From assembly GCA_041675415.1 (NCBI GenBank), contig JBAYTX010000008.1, forward strand, positions 2,368 to 66,367: DNA of 64,000 nucleotides, written 5' to 3'. The DNA is from Rhizobium sp. (lineage in GTDB: Bacteria; Pseudomonadota; Alphaproteobacteria; Rhizobiales; Rhizobiaceae). Under the pieces are notes generated by a model, which worked only from the letters and a program-made list of their open reading frames with translations, searched no databases and had not been told where the DNA came from. Positions 1 to 8,621 of this stretch are shown here, piece by piece (the first letter of the stretch is position 1; each line of letters starts with the position of its first letter). The position numbers were made by a program, and so were the translations under genes.

Positions 1-1
1 C

Positions 2-316
2 CATGGCGGGCGCGATGCGCTGGAAATGGTCACCCGAGCGCTGACCGACGGGCGGCTCACCATCGACAAGTCGATCGGCGGAACCCACGTGATCAACGAT
101 CCGCCCGGCCCTTACGTCTTCCGCTTCAGCTATCGCGGCAAGACGGCTGAAGCCGTGATCAAGCCCGGACATGTGAAGGAGGAATTCATCACGCTCGGCG
201 CCAAGCCCGACAAGACCCCCGACGAGATCGTCCGGCTCGAGGAACTGAAGGCCGAAATGGCCTATCGCCTGCTGCCGCTTCCCGGCGGCGAGGTCTATGC
301 GGTCAGGTTGATCTGA
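2..316 (+). CDS. hypothetical protein, 3' end of a gene that begins upstream of the window
   Basis: The frame is open from base 2, with no stop before the ATG at 26. Third codon positions are GC-rich and the stop is at 314-316. I recognise no motif. Confidence 0.4.
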   Translation, partial: HGGRDALEMVTRALTDGRLTIDKSIGGTHVINDPPGPYVFRFSYRGKTAEAVIKPGHVKEEFITLGAKPDKTPDEIVRLEELKAEMAYRLLPLPGGEVYAVRLI

Positions 317-485
317 GGGGCCAACGCCTGCAAGTCACCTTACCGCTTGCGTGGCAGGACGGCTTCAGCCACACAATCCTCCTGGCATCGGGGCGCATGG
401 GAAATTTCCGCCTTGATAGGTCCGTCCCGCCCCTCTATCTCTCGAAGGAACGCCCGATTTCTCCCGAACAGAGAAGGCCCTGCCC

Positions 486-2594
486 TTGCCCGTCTTTTCC
501 AATCTGCCAAAGCCGCCCGCCGCCGAGAAGAAGCCCGTCTCCGACACCCGCCACGGCATCACCCGTACCGACGACTATGCCTGGATCCGGGCCGAGAACT
601 GGCAGGCGATGTTCAAGGATCCGAGCCTGCTCGATCCGGAGCTTCGCAAGCATCTGGAGGCCGAGAACGCCTATATGGAAGCGGCGATGGCAGACACGAA
701 AGAGCTGCAGGAGACGCTCTTCGCCGAGATGAAGGGCCGCATCAAGGAAGACGATTCATCCGTGCCGATGAAGGACGGACCCTTCGCCTATGGTACCGCC
801 TTCGTCACCGGCGGCGAGCAGCCGCGCTATTTCCGAATCCCGCGGGACGGCGACCACAAGGACGAGAAGCACCGCCAGCTTTTGCTCGACGGCGACAAGG
901 AAGCCAAGGGCAAGGATTATTTCCGCCTGGCAGGGCTCGACCACACGACCGACCATGCCTTCGGCATCTGGGGCTATGACGACAAGGGGTCGGAATATTT
1001 CACGCTCCGGGTGCGCGACCTTGCAACCGGCGAGGATTTGCCCGACGTGATCGAGAACACCGGCGGCGGTGGCGCCTGGGCGCCCGACGGCAAGAGCTTC
1101 TTCTACACGCTCCAGGACGACAATCATCGTCCTTCCAAGGTGTTCCACCATGTGATCGGCTCGCTGCAATCGGAAGACCGGCTGGTCTACGAGGAGAAGG
1201 ACCACGGCTTCTTCATGGGCGTCGGCGGCTCGCTGCTCGACGACTTCATCTATATCGACATTCACGACCATGAGACCTGCGAATACCGCATTCTCTCCAC
1301 GAAGGATCTTTCCGCCGAGCCGAAGCTGGTGGCCGAACGGGTTGAGGGCGTGGAGTATTCGATGGCAGAGGGCGGCGACGTCTTCTTCATCCTCACCAAT
1401 GACGGCGGCGCCAAGGACTTCAAGATCATGGAGGCGCCGGTCACAGCGCCGGGTAAGGAAAACTGGAGGCAAGTGGTTTCCCATGAGCCGGGGCGCCTCA
1501 TCCTCAACCACATGGCTTTTGCCCGCCACCTGGTCTGGCTGCAACGCCGCAACGGCCTGCCGGAAATCATGATCCGCGACCGCAAGACCGGCGAGGAGCA
1601 CGCCATCGCCTTCGCCGAGGAGGCCTATGCGCTCGGCCTCCAGGGCGCTGCCGAATACGACACCGACGTCATCCGCTTCTCCTATTCGTCGATGACGACG
1701 CCCTCCCAGCTCTTCGACTACGACATGGCGACCCGCGAACGCGTGCTGCTGAAGACCCAGGAAGTGCCCTCCGGCCACAATGCGGAGGACTATGTCACCC
1801 GCCGCGTCTTTGCCACGGCCCATGACGGCGCAAAGGTGCCGGTCACGCTGCTCTACCGCAAGGATACGAAACTCGATGGCTCCGCGCCCTGCCTGCTCTA
1901 CGGCTACGGCGCCTACGGCATCTCGATTGCCGCCGGCTTCAACACCAATTGCCTGTCGCTCGCCGACCGCGGCTTCGTCTACGCCATCGCCCATATCCGC
2001 GGCGGCAAGGACAAGGGCTTCCAATGGTACGAAGACGGCAAGATGGAAAAGAAGGTCAACACCTTCAAGGACTTCATCGCCGCCGCCGACCATCTGGTGA
2101 AGGAGGGCTTCACGTCTTACGACCGGATCATCGCCGAAGGCGGATCGGCCGGCGGCATGCTGATGGGGGCGGTCGCCAACATGGCGCCGGAGAAATTCGC
2201 CGGCATCATCGCCGCCGTGCCCTTCGTCGACGTGCTGAACACCATGCTGGATGACACCCTGCCGCTCACCCCGCCGGAGTGGCCCGAATGGGGCAACCCG
2301 ATCGAATCGGCGGAGGAATACCGCTGGATCGCCGCCTACAGCCCCTATGACAATGTCGGGCAAAAACCCTATCCGCCGATCCTGGCGCTGTCAGGCCTCA
2401 CCGATCCGCGCGTGACCTATTGGGAGCCGACCAAATGGGTGGCGAAGCTGCGGGAGAACACGACCAGCACGGCGCCGATCCTGCTCAAGACCAACATGGC
2501 CGCCGGCCATGGCGGCAAGTCCGGGCGCTTCCAGCGGCTGGAGGAAATCGCCTTCGAATACGCCTTCGCCGTGAAGGTGGCGGGGAAGATGTGA
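486..2594 (+). CDS. ptrB: oligopeptidase B / protease II (S9A prolyl oligopeptidase family)
   Basis: 702-aa ORF with a propeller-like N-terminal region and a C-terminal alpha/beta hydrolase carrying the GGSAGGMLMG serine elbow. The N-terminus (HGITRTDDYAWIR) resembles E. coli PtrB from memory. The first codon in the track is TTG at 486 and there is no nearby in-frame ATG, so the exact start is uncertain. Confidence 0.9.
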   Translation: MPVFSNLPKPPAAEKKPVSDTRHGITRTDDYAWIRAENWQAMFKDPSLLDPELRKHLEAENAYMEAAMADTKELQETLFAEMKGRIKEDDSSVPMKDGPFAYGTAFVTGGEQPRYFRIPRDGDHKDEKHRQLLLDGDKEAKGKDYFRLAGLDHTTDHAFGIWGYDDKGSEYFTLRVRDLATGEDLPDVIENTGGGGAWAPDGKSFFYTLQDDNHRPSKVFHHVIGSLQSEDRLVYEEKDHGFFMGVGGSLLDDFIYIDIHDHETCEYRILSTKDLSAEPKLVAERVEGVEYSMAEGGDVFFILTNDGGAKDFKIMEAPVTAPGKENWRQVVSHEPGRLILNHMAFARHLVWLQRRNGLPEIMIRDRKTGEEHAIAFAEEAYALGLQGAAEYDTDVIRFSYSSMTTPSQLFDYDMATRERVLLKTQEVPSGHNAEDYVTRRVFATAHDGAKVPVTLLYRKDTKLDGSAPCLLYGYGAYGISIAAGFNTNCLSLADRGFVYAIAHIRGGKDKGFQWYEDGKMEKKVNTFKDFIAAADHLVKEGFTSYDRIIAEGGSAGGMLMGAVANMAPEKFAGIIAAVPFVDVLNTMLDDTLPLTPPEWPEWGNPIESAEEYRWIAAYSPYDNVGQKPYPPILALSGLTDPRVTYWEPTKWVAKLRENTTSTAPILLKTNMAAGHGGKSGRFQRLEEIAFEYAFAVKVAGKM

Positions 2595-2644
2595 GGGGGT
2601 AACTCAGGCTCTCCGTCACGCCGACATCGAGCGCGGGGCGGCGG

Positions 2645-3268
2645 TCAGCCGGCCCTCAGCCACTCCATGACCCTCTTCACCGCCGGCCGCTCGGCCATGC
2701 GGTTGCGGTGGTCCAGCACCTTGGGGAAACGGGCGGGATCGACGCCATCCGATTCCAGCCAGCCGGCAATGGTGAAAAGATAGGGATCGGCGATCGTATA
2801 CCGGTCGCCCATGACCCAAGGGCCGGCGAGCATCTTCGTCTCGATCAGCGCGAAGCAATCACCCATGTTCTTCGGCACCTTCAGCTTCATGGATTCGATT
2901 GCCTCCGGGTCGTCCGACCAGCGGCTGCCGCGCGGCCGATGCGCATGCGCGACATGGACGGTGGAGCAAAGATAGCTGTTGAAGGACTGGAGCCGCGCAA
3001 ATTCGAAGGCGTCGTCCATCGGCGCCAGATCCGCCTCCGGAAAGGCATGGGCGATATAGGCCAGGATCGACGGTGTTTCCGTCAGGATGCCGCGGTCGGT
3101 AGCGAGCGCCGGGACGCGGGATTTCGGATTGATCGCCAGGAATTCCGGCTGATGCTGCGCACCCCTGGAGAGGTCGACGCGTTCGGCGGCATAGGGGGCA
3201 CCTGCCTCCTCCAGCGCGATATGCGAGGCAAGCGAGCAGGATCCCGGCGCGACATAGAGTTTCAGCAT
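2645..3268 (-). CDS. glutathione S-transferase (beta-class-like)
   Basis: MLKLYVAPGSCSLASHIALEEAG N-terminus typical of bacterial GSTs, 207 aa. I moved the start to the internal ATG (complement 3266-3268); the longer track ORF adds 25 non-conserved residues. Confidence 0.85.
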   Translation of the reverse strand: MLKLYVAPGSCSLASHIALEEAGAPYAAERVDLSRGAQHQPEFLAINPKSRVPALATDRGILTETPSILAYIAHAFPEADLAPMDDAFEFARLQSFNSYLCSTVHVAHAHRPRGSRWSDDPEAIESMKLKVPKNMGDCFALIETKMLAGPWVMGDRYTIADPYLFTIAGWLESDGVDPARFPKVLDHRNRMAERPAVKRVMEWLRAG

Positions 3269-3414
3269 GCGTGTATCTCCCGACTTCGGATTGCCATTGA
3301 GTAGCAGGCCAGCATGGCTCCCGCCAGATCGACAGGGGAACATTCACGCAGTTTTGCTGTTCACCTTTTTGTGCATACTGCGTTGGAAACCTCTGATAAC
3401 CGAGGCCAGGCCGA

Positions 3415-3936
3415 ATGAACGTACATGTCGCCCTGATCCGCGCCGTCAATGTCGGCGACGCCGGAAAACTGCCGATGGCGGAGCTGAAGGCGCTTTGCGA
3501 AGGCCTCGGCTTTACCAATGTCTCGACCTTCATCCAGAGCGGCAACGTCATCTTCCGCGACGGCGGCGATGCGGCCGATATCACAGCCCGCCTCGACGCG
3601 GCGTTGGCCGAACGGCTGGGCAAGCCGCCCGGCGTTTTCCTGCGCCGGCCCGACGAGCTGGCCGCGATCCTCGACGCCAATCCCTTCGCTTCCATGGAGC
3701 CCAACCGGGTATTGGTCAGCTTCTTCGCGGAAGCTGTTCCCGACGATGCGCTTCACGGCCTCGTCGCACCCGACGGCGAGGAGGTGGTGGCCCTCGGTCG
3801 CGAGATCTTCGTCCACTACCCCATCGGGTCCGGACGCTCGCGCCTCAAGCTACCCATCCTGAAGGCCGGCACCTCGCGCAACATCAACACCGTCGCCCGG
3901 CTCGCCGAACTCGCGGGCGCCATCGAAGGGGCTTGA
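3415..3936 (+). CDS. DUF1697 domain protein
   Basis: The N-terminus MNVHVALIRAVNVGDAGKLPMAELKALCEGLGFTNVSTFIQSGNVIF matches the DUF1697 signature from memory. ATG at 3415. Confidence 0.8.
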   Translation: MNVHVALIRAVNVGDAGKLPMAELKALCEGLGFTNVSTFIQSGNVIFRDGGDAADITARLDAALAERLGKPPGVFLRRPDELAAILDANPFASMEPNRVLVSFFAEAVPDDALHGLVAPDGEEVVALGREIFVHYPIGSGRSRLKLPILKAGTSRNINTVARLAELAGAIEGA

Positions 3937-4019
3937 GCGATTGTCTCCCGCCCCCTGCCGGCCGGGGTGCAGATATGGCATCATCCCGCATCAGGGATAG
4001 CCGAGAGCGAGGGCCGGGC

Positions 4020-4553
4020 ATGTCGACAATCATTCCGCTTCTGGCGCTCGGCGCCGTCATCGTGGTGCTCGTCGCCTCGGTTTGGTCGATCCGCCGGCCG
4101 AAGGGGCCGTGGCAGCCGCCCTATCCGCTGATCGACGCAACGGAGGAGGAGATGGCGCGGCGGGCGGCGGAGTTGCGCGACCGGCTTTCGCGCGAGCCCT
4201 TCGGCACGGCCCTTGCGACCGCGCTATGGCGGCGGTTGGCCTCGGTCAAGGACGATGAAGGGCTGATCCTTGAATTTCATCGCGACTTCTGCGGCCACGG
4301 GCTGATACGTCGCGCCGACCGGGTCATGCTATGCGACATCTTCGACGGCGGCGGGCAGACCGGCGACCCCATCACCGCCTGGGCCGACGAAGCCGACTTC
4401 GTTGCCTTCTTCGCCCGCCAGTCGGACTTTTCCTGCAGTGGCTGGGACGAGGGCGAACCGGTCTTCCATTCCGACGATACCTGGTATCGCAACAACCAGC
4501 GGCTGACGCGGGCGGCGATCGACCGCTTCCTGGCCGGACGCATGGAAGGCTGA
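4020..4553 (+). CDS. hypothetical protein with an N-terminal transmembrane anchor
   Basis: This is the only credible part of the 428-aa track ORF. MSTIIPLLALGAVIVVLVASVW forms a hydrophobic anchor followed by a soluble domain with no recognisable motif. An alternative ATG lies at 3975. Confidence 0.5.
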   Translation: MSTIIPLLALGAVIVVLVASVWSIRRPKGPWQPPYPLIDATEEEMARRAAELRDRLSREPFGTALATALWRRLASVKDDEGLILEFHRDFCGHGLIRRADRVMLCDIFDGGGQTGDPITAWADEADFVAFFARQSDFSCSGWDEGEPVFHSDDTWYRNNQRLTRAAIDRFLAGRMEG

Positions 4554-4702
4554 AACAGGCGGGCTCCGATCACTTATCGTGCCCGCTGGCAGGCGCCGCC
4601 TCGTGGGTATCATCGCGAGTCTCCCAAAAGCCCCGCCCGCCAGAGGCGAGTACCACCAGTTTCGCGCAAGTTTCAAAAGTTAACGAAAGGTTAACGAATG
4701 GA

Positions 4703-5032
4703 ATGAGAGAGCCTCCCATGAGGATCGAAAGCGGTCTTAGCGGTTATTCATACCAGAACCGGTACGTTCACAACGCCACCGATGGCGAAGATGTGGCCGC
4801 AGAAACCGCGATCTCCTCCAAGCCGCAGACTGCCTCATCGCCCGCCTTCAGCAGCACACTTCTCTCCCCTTCCCTTGCAACGGCCCTCTGGACCATCGAA
4901 GGCGGCCGGAAGGGTGCGTCTCCCGCCCCCGCCCAGGCTTCCGACGGCGGTTCCGAGGCGCTCATGTCGTCGGCCGAGAAGGTCGAGGCGTTCTATCGCG
5001 AATACGAACTGCCGGAAGATTCGGAGGGCTGA
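4703..5032 (+). CDS. hypothetical small protein (109 aa)
   Basis: In-frame ATG at 4703 (alternative at 4718), purine-rich sequence upstream, and an intrinsic terminator 30 nt after the stop. Ser/Ala/Pro-rich with no known motif. Confidence 0.4.
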   Translation: MREPPMRIESGLSGYSYQNRYVHNATDGEDVAAETAISSKPQTASSPAFSSTLLSPSLATALWTIEGGRKGASPAPAQASDGGSEALMSSAEKVEAFYREYELPEDSEG

Positions 5033-5061
5033 GGCCCGCCCGCGATCCCGGCTCAATCAGC

Positions 5062-5090
5062 AAGAGCGCCATCGGCGCTCTTTTGCATTT
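5062..5090 (+). terminator. rho-independent terminator candidate
   Basis: 9-bp stem AAGAGCGCC / GGCGCTCTT with a 3-nt loop, followed by TTTTGCATTTTT. Confidence 0.5.
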
Positions 5091-5130
5091 TTGCACTCCA
5101 TGAAAACCAGCCGCATCTAGCGGGCGATCG

Positions 5131-5838
5131 TCAGTGATCGTGATGATGCGCGCCTGCCGCGCGGCGGGCGTCGACGCTGCAGGAGGTGCAGCCTTCCCCG
5201 GCCTTCTTCGCCAGCGCCTCGGCGCCGCCCTCTTTCCATTCGCCATAGGACTGCCAGAGGATCTGGGCCGAGGAGTTGAGGAACAGGCCAGCCATGATGA
5301 AGGCGACGGCAAGGTCGGGCCAGGCGGTTGCCGTACCCCAGACGCCGAGCGCCGCGATCATGACGATGACATTGCCGATCGCGTCGTTGCGCGAGCACAG
5401 CCAGACCGAGCGCACATTGGCGTCGCCGTCCTTGTAGTTCATCAAGAGGAGCACGCTCGTGACATTGGCGGCGAGCGCCATGAAGCCGATCACGCCCATC
5501 ACCGGCGCCTCCGGCATGCCGTCAAAGAACACCCGCCAGATGGTCGAGCCGAACACCCAGAGCCCCATCAGGAAGAGGCTGATGCCCTTGGCCGCCGCCG
5601 CGGTGCTGCGAACCTTCAGCGACGCGCCGATCACCGCAAACGAAATGCCGTAGGTCACGGCATCAGCGAAGAAGTCGAGCGCATCGGCCTGCAGCGCCTG
5701 CGAGCGGGCGAGCTGACCCGCCGTCATCTCGACGAGGAACATGGCCGCGTTGATGAAGATCACCAGCCAGAGCCGGCGCTTGTAGGTGTCGGACATGCCG
5801 TCGAAGGGGGCGTGCTCGTGGCCGTGGCTGGCGCTCAT
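5131..5838 (-). CDS. cation diffusion facilitator (CDF) family metal efflux protein, short form
   Basis: His-rich N-terminus (MSASHGHEH), six hydrophobic segments, and the conserved ALQADALDFFADAV motif of TM2. The tail is Cys/His-rich (CTSCS...HHHDH). At 235 aa it appears to lack the usual cytoplasmic C-terminal domain. Confidence 0.85.
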   Translation of the reverse strand: MSASHGHEHAPFDGMSDTYKRRLWLVIFINAAMFLVEMTAGQLARSQALQADALDFFADAVTYGISFAVIGASLKVRSTAAAAKGISLFLMGLWVFGSTIWRVFFDGMPEAPVMGVIGFMALAANVTSVLLLMNYKDGDANVRSVWLCSRNDAIGNVIVMIAALGVWGTATAWPDLAVAFIMAGLFLNSSAQILWQSYGEWKEGGAEALAKKAGEGCTSCSVDARRAAGAHHHDH

Positions 5839-5885
5839 TCCGTCATTTCCTTTTCGTCTTGCTCTCGTTCGACGTCCTACCTAAT

Positions 5886-5902
5886 CTCTATAGCGACTAG
5901 AG
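5886..5902. promoter_or_regulatory. MerR-type operator dyad in the divergent promoter region
   Basis: CTCTA-TAGCGAC-TAGAG dyad. On the minus strand it lies between TTGTAC and TAGGTA hexamers separated by 19 nt, the long-spacer architecture of MerR-activated promoters. From memory it resembles PbrR/ZntR/CadR-class operators. Confidence 0.6.
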
Positions 5903-5924
5903 GTACAAGAGGGTTTTTCACAAA

Positions 5925-6341
5925 ATGTACTCCATCGGCGAACTTTCCCGCCGCACCGGCGTCAAGGTGCCGACTATACGCTACTACGAACAAATGGGGC
6001 TGATCGCGGCGCCGGACAGGTCGGAAGGCAACCAGCGGCGCTACGAGCCTGCCGAACTGGAGCGCCTGGCCTTCATCCGCCACGCCCGCGATCTCGGCTT
6101 CCCGATCGAGGCGATCCGCGAACTCCTGGCGCTGAGCCGCCATCCGGACGAGCCCTGCGAGCGCGCCGACCATATCGCCCGCGAGCAGCTCGTCGAGGTG
6201 CGCGAGAAGATTGCCCGGCTGCAGAAGCTGGAACACGAGCTGGAGCGCATCGTCACCCATTGCGGTAATCACACCGTCGGCGACTGCTATGTCATCCGCG
6301 CGCTCTCCGACCACGGTCTATGCGATCACGAACATGGGTGA
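5925..6341 (+). CDS. MerR family metal-responsive transcriptional regulator
   Basis: MYSIGELSRRTGVKVPTIRYYEQMGL HTH region, a coiled-coil dimerisation helix, and C-terminal Cys/His ligands (CGNHTVGDC...CDHEHG). Divergent from the CDF gene. Confidence 0.85.
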   Translation: MYSIGELSRRTGVKVPTIRYYEQMGLIAAPDRSEGNQRRYEPAELERLAFIRHARDLGFPIEAIRELLALSRHPDEPCERADHIAREQLVEVREKIARLQKLEHELERIVTHCGNHTVGDCYVIRALSDHGLCDHEHG

Positions 6342-6471
6342 GGCCACCCCCATTGACAATCGATTGAATTCGGCGCATTCAAACGCCCATGATCATCGCA
6401 CGCGCACCCATCTCCTGCACGTATTTTTGGGCCTACCGGTAACCGGCGGCTCGACAGATCATCATGTCAAC

Positions 6472-6499
6472 AGGCCGCCGTCAGGCGGCCTTGTTGTTT
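6472..6499 (+). terminator. rho-independent terminator candidate
   Basis: AGGCCGCC-GTCA-GGCGGCCT hairpin followed by TGTTGTTTG. Confidence 0.5.
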
Positions 6500-6543
6500 G
6501 AACAGCTTCCCCTGACGGCGCAAACGAAAGAGGGAAGCGAGAA

Positions 6544-7032
6544 ATGACCGAAGATACCGACCTCACCCTGCCCCGGCCGCCCGTCGTGGTCATCCGCAGC
6601 GCCAAGCCGCATGACCTGCCGGACCTCAACGAAATGATTGCGGCGCTTGCCGCCCATCACGGCGACGCATCGGCCATGACCCCGGACAAACTTGAACGGG
6701 ACCTGTTCGGGCCGATGCCCTGGATCACCGCGCTCGTCGCCGACAGCGGCAAAGGCCTGATCGGCTATGCCATCCTCGTGCCGCTCTACAGGGCCGAGCA
6801 CGGCAAGCGCGGCATGGACCTGCACCATCTCTTCGTGCGCGACGGCCAGCGCGGCAACGGCATCGGCCACAATCTTGTCGCGCGCGCCCGCGAGATTGCC
6901 AAAACAGCAGGTTGTGACTACCTTTCGGTCAGTGCCGCCACCGGCAATTTCGCCGCCCACCGGTTCTACGAAAACCTCGACTTCATCCCGCGCCCGGTCA
7001 CCGGCATGCGCTTCATGCAAGCGCTGTCTTGA
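6544..7032 (+). CDS. GNAT family N-acetyltransferase
   Basis: 162 aa with the acetyl-CoA binding motif region (LFVRDGQRGNGIGHNLVARA). ATG at 6544 follows a GAGGGAAG-type SD. Confidence 0.8.
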   Translation: MTEDTDLTLPRPPVVVIRSAKPHDLPDLNEMIAALAAHHGDASAMTPDKLERDLFGPMPWITALVADSGKGLIGYAILVPLYRAEHGKRGMDLHHLFVRDGQRGNGIGHNLVARAREIAKTAGCDYLSVSAATGNFAAHRFYENLDFIPRPVTGMRFMQALS

Positions 7033-7073
7033 GCAGCCCGACGCCACCAGTCATTTCCAAGGAGAACGAGCCC

Positions 7074-7640
7074 ATGGCCCGTATCGCTGTCGCCCTGCAA
7101 GCCGATTTCGCCGATTGGGAGCCCGCGCTCCTGATGGCGGCCGCCCGATACTATCTCGGGTGCGAGGTCTTGACCGCCTCGCCGGATGGTCAGCCGGTCA
7201 CCTCGATGGGCGGCCTGAAAGTGACGCCGGACATGAGTCTTGCCGAGATCGATCCGGCCCGCTTCGATGCGCTGGTGATCCCCGGCGGCTTTGCCTGGGA
7301 AAAGGGGCAGGCCTTCGATTTCACCGAGCTGGCAAAAGCCTTCCGTGCCGAGGACAAGGTTCTCGCCGGCATCTGCGCCGCAGCGAGCGCGCTCGCCGCT
7401 ACCGGCGTGCTGGACGATATCGCCCATACCGGCAATTCGCTTGCCTCGCATCAGAAATATCCGGGCTATCGCGGCAGCGGGCGTTATCGCGACCAGCCGC
7501 AGGCGGTCTCTGACCAAGGCGTCGTCACGGCTGCTGGTTCCTCGCCCTTCACCTTTACCGTGGAAGTCCTGAAGGCGCTCGATCTGTGGACGCCGGAGGC
7601 CGAGGCCGAACTGGCGGCTTTTGCCGCAGAACACAGATAA
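7074..7640 (+). CDS. DJ-1/PfpI family (type 1 glutamine amidotransferase-like) protein
   Basis: VIPGG...LAGICAAASAL nucleophile-elbow Cys. ATG at 7074 is preceded by AAGGAGA at 7059-7065. I trimmed the start from the track ORF. Confidence 0.8.
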   Translation: MARIAVALQADFADWEPALLMAAARYYLGCEVLTASPDGQPVTSMGGLKVTPDMSLAEIDPARFDALVIPGGFAWEKGQAFDFTELAKAFRAEDKVLAGICAAASALAATGVLDDIAHTGNSLASHQKYPGYRGSGRYRDQPQAVSDQGVVTAAGSSPFTFTVEVLKALDLWTPEAEAELAAFAAEHR

Positions 7641-7674
7641 AGACGCCGATGCCGAGGGCCGGCCATTCTTCAGC

Positions 7675-7899
7675 TCAATGCCGGACGGGCGGGTGTTCCG
7701 ACCAGTTCTGCAGGGTCGTCTTAATCAGGATCAGGGCGGCCTGATGGGCATGATCGCGCTCGCGCGGGTCGACGATATTGGAAAGCCTCCGTTCGAAGGC
7801 CTGAACGGTCTGGTCCACCCAGCGGTGCAAGGCGGGGTCGGGATAGCTGTCGAGCAGCGAGCGGAGCGCGCTTTCCATTCGCCGGCGTTCGATACTCAT
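7675..7899 (-). CDS. small hypothetical protein (paralog of 8289-8552)
   Basis: 74 aa from the internal ATG (complement 7897-7899), which has GGAG upstream; the track start at 7941 is GTG. Shares DP, (E/D)RR(L/F), PR(E/D) and TL..W motifs with the neighbouring small ORF. Confidence 0.4.
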   Translation of the reverse strand: MSIERRRMESALRSLLDSYPDPALHRWVDQTVQAFERRLSNIVDPRERDHAHQAALILIKTTLQNWSEHPPVRH

Positions 7900-7974
7900 T
7901 CCCGTTCCGTCTCCGAATTCTGTCAGGATGGCATCCTGCACCGGCAGTCTTACGCGACGCTGGAGGAGCGGACC

Positions 7975-8290
7975 AGAGCATTTCCGGCCAATTCGGGGTC
8001 GTTCTGACGGAGCGATTTTGCGGCAAGATCAAGCAGAGACGCGAAGAGCATATCCGAAGATACGGTCGAGCGGCTTTGCGCCGATATTGATGCAAAAGCG
8101 CCCGTCCGGCGAAATCTCCGTTTGCGCGTTTGCCGAAGGCAAACGACGCGGGCGGGGTTTCCGATTGGCGGACGCCCGATGGCGACCCGGCCTTGCCCGA
8201 TGTCGGGCATTGCGCTGCGGCCGGTTCACCACCGGATCGCACACGCCAATCGAGAAACAGAACCGACCCCGAATTGGCCGGAAATACTCT
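7975..8290. repeat. 316-bp MITE-like intergenic element bounded by about 32-bp terminal inverted repeats
   Basis: 7975-8006 AGAGCATTTCCGGCCAATTCGGGGTCGTTCTG matches the reverse complement of 8258-8290 (AGAGTATTTCCGGCCAATTCGGGGTCGGTTCTG). That is one mismatch plus one indel, with a 21-nt perfect core. Internal hairpins include CGTTTGCC-GAA-GGCAAACG. No coding capacity. Confidence 0.55.
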
Positions 8291-8552
8291 AGCTTTCGGC
8301 CGCCGCCGGCTCATCCGCCCAGCCCTCGAGCGTTTCGCGGACGAACATCAAGGCGCAGGCGCGGGCAAGCGCCAGATCGCGCGGCTCGGGAAGGTCAGCG
8401 ATGAATCGGCGGTCCAGGGCGCGGACCGCCCTCAAAAGTTCGACAACGCGCGGATCGTCGCTTGCTGCATAACGCTCCGTCATGCGGGCGACGGTCGCCT
8501 CCAGTTCTTCCAGCGAGGGAGAGTCCTTGGTCAATGCGGGGCTCCGTGACAC
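8289..8552 (-). CDS. small hypothetical protein (paralog of 7675-7899)
   Basis: The 87-aa track ORF starts with GTG at 8552. A TTG at 8534 with GGAG 7 nt upstream is an alternative start. The stop codon TAG (8289-8291) overlaps the right inverted repeat of the MITE-like element. Confidence 0.4.
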   Translation of the reverse strand: MSRSPALTKDSPSLEELEATVARMTERYAASDDPRVVELLRAVRALDRRFIADLPEPRDLALARACALMFVRETLEGWADEPAAAES

Positions 8553-8621
8553 GGTTCAACGCCCGCCAGACTAGCGATGGGGCGGAGAGCCGACAAGACG
8601 CGGCCCGCTATGATTTTGCCG

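Noticed and set aside
756-2363. 535-aa ORF antisense to ptrB, plus several other overlapping ORFs in 347-2602.
   Set aside because: Typical high-GC shadow ORFs. Composition is Arg/Gly/Ala/Val/His-rich with no motifs, and they are fully contained within the strongly supported oligopeptidase B gene.
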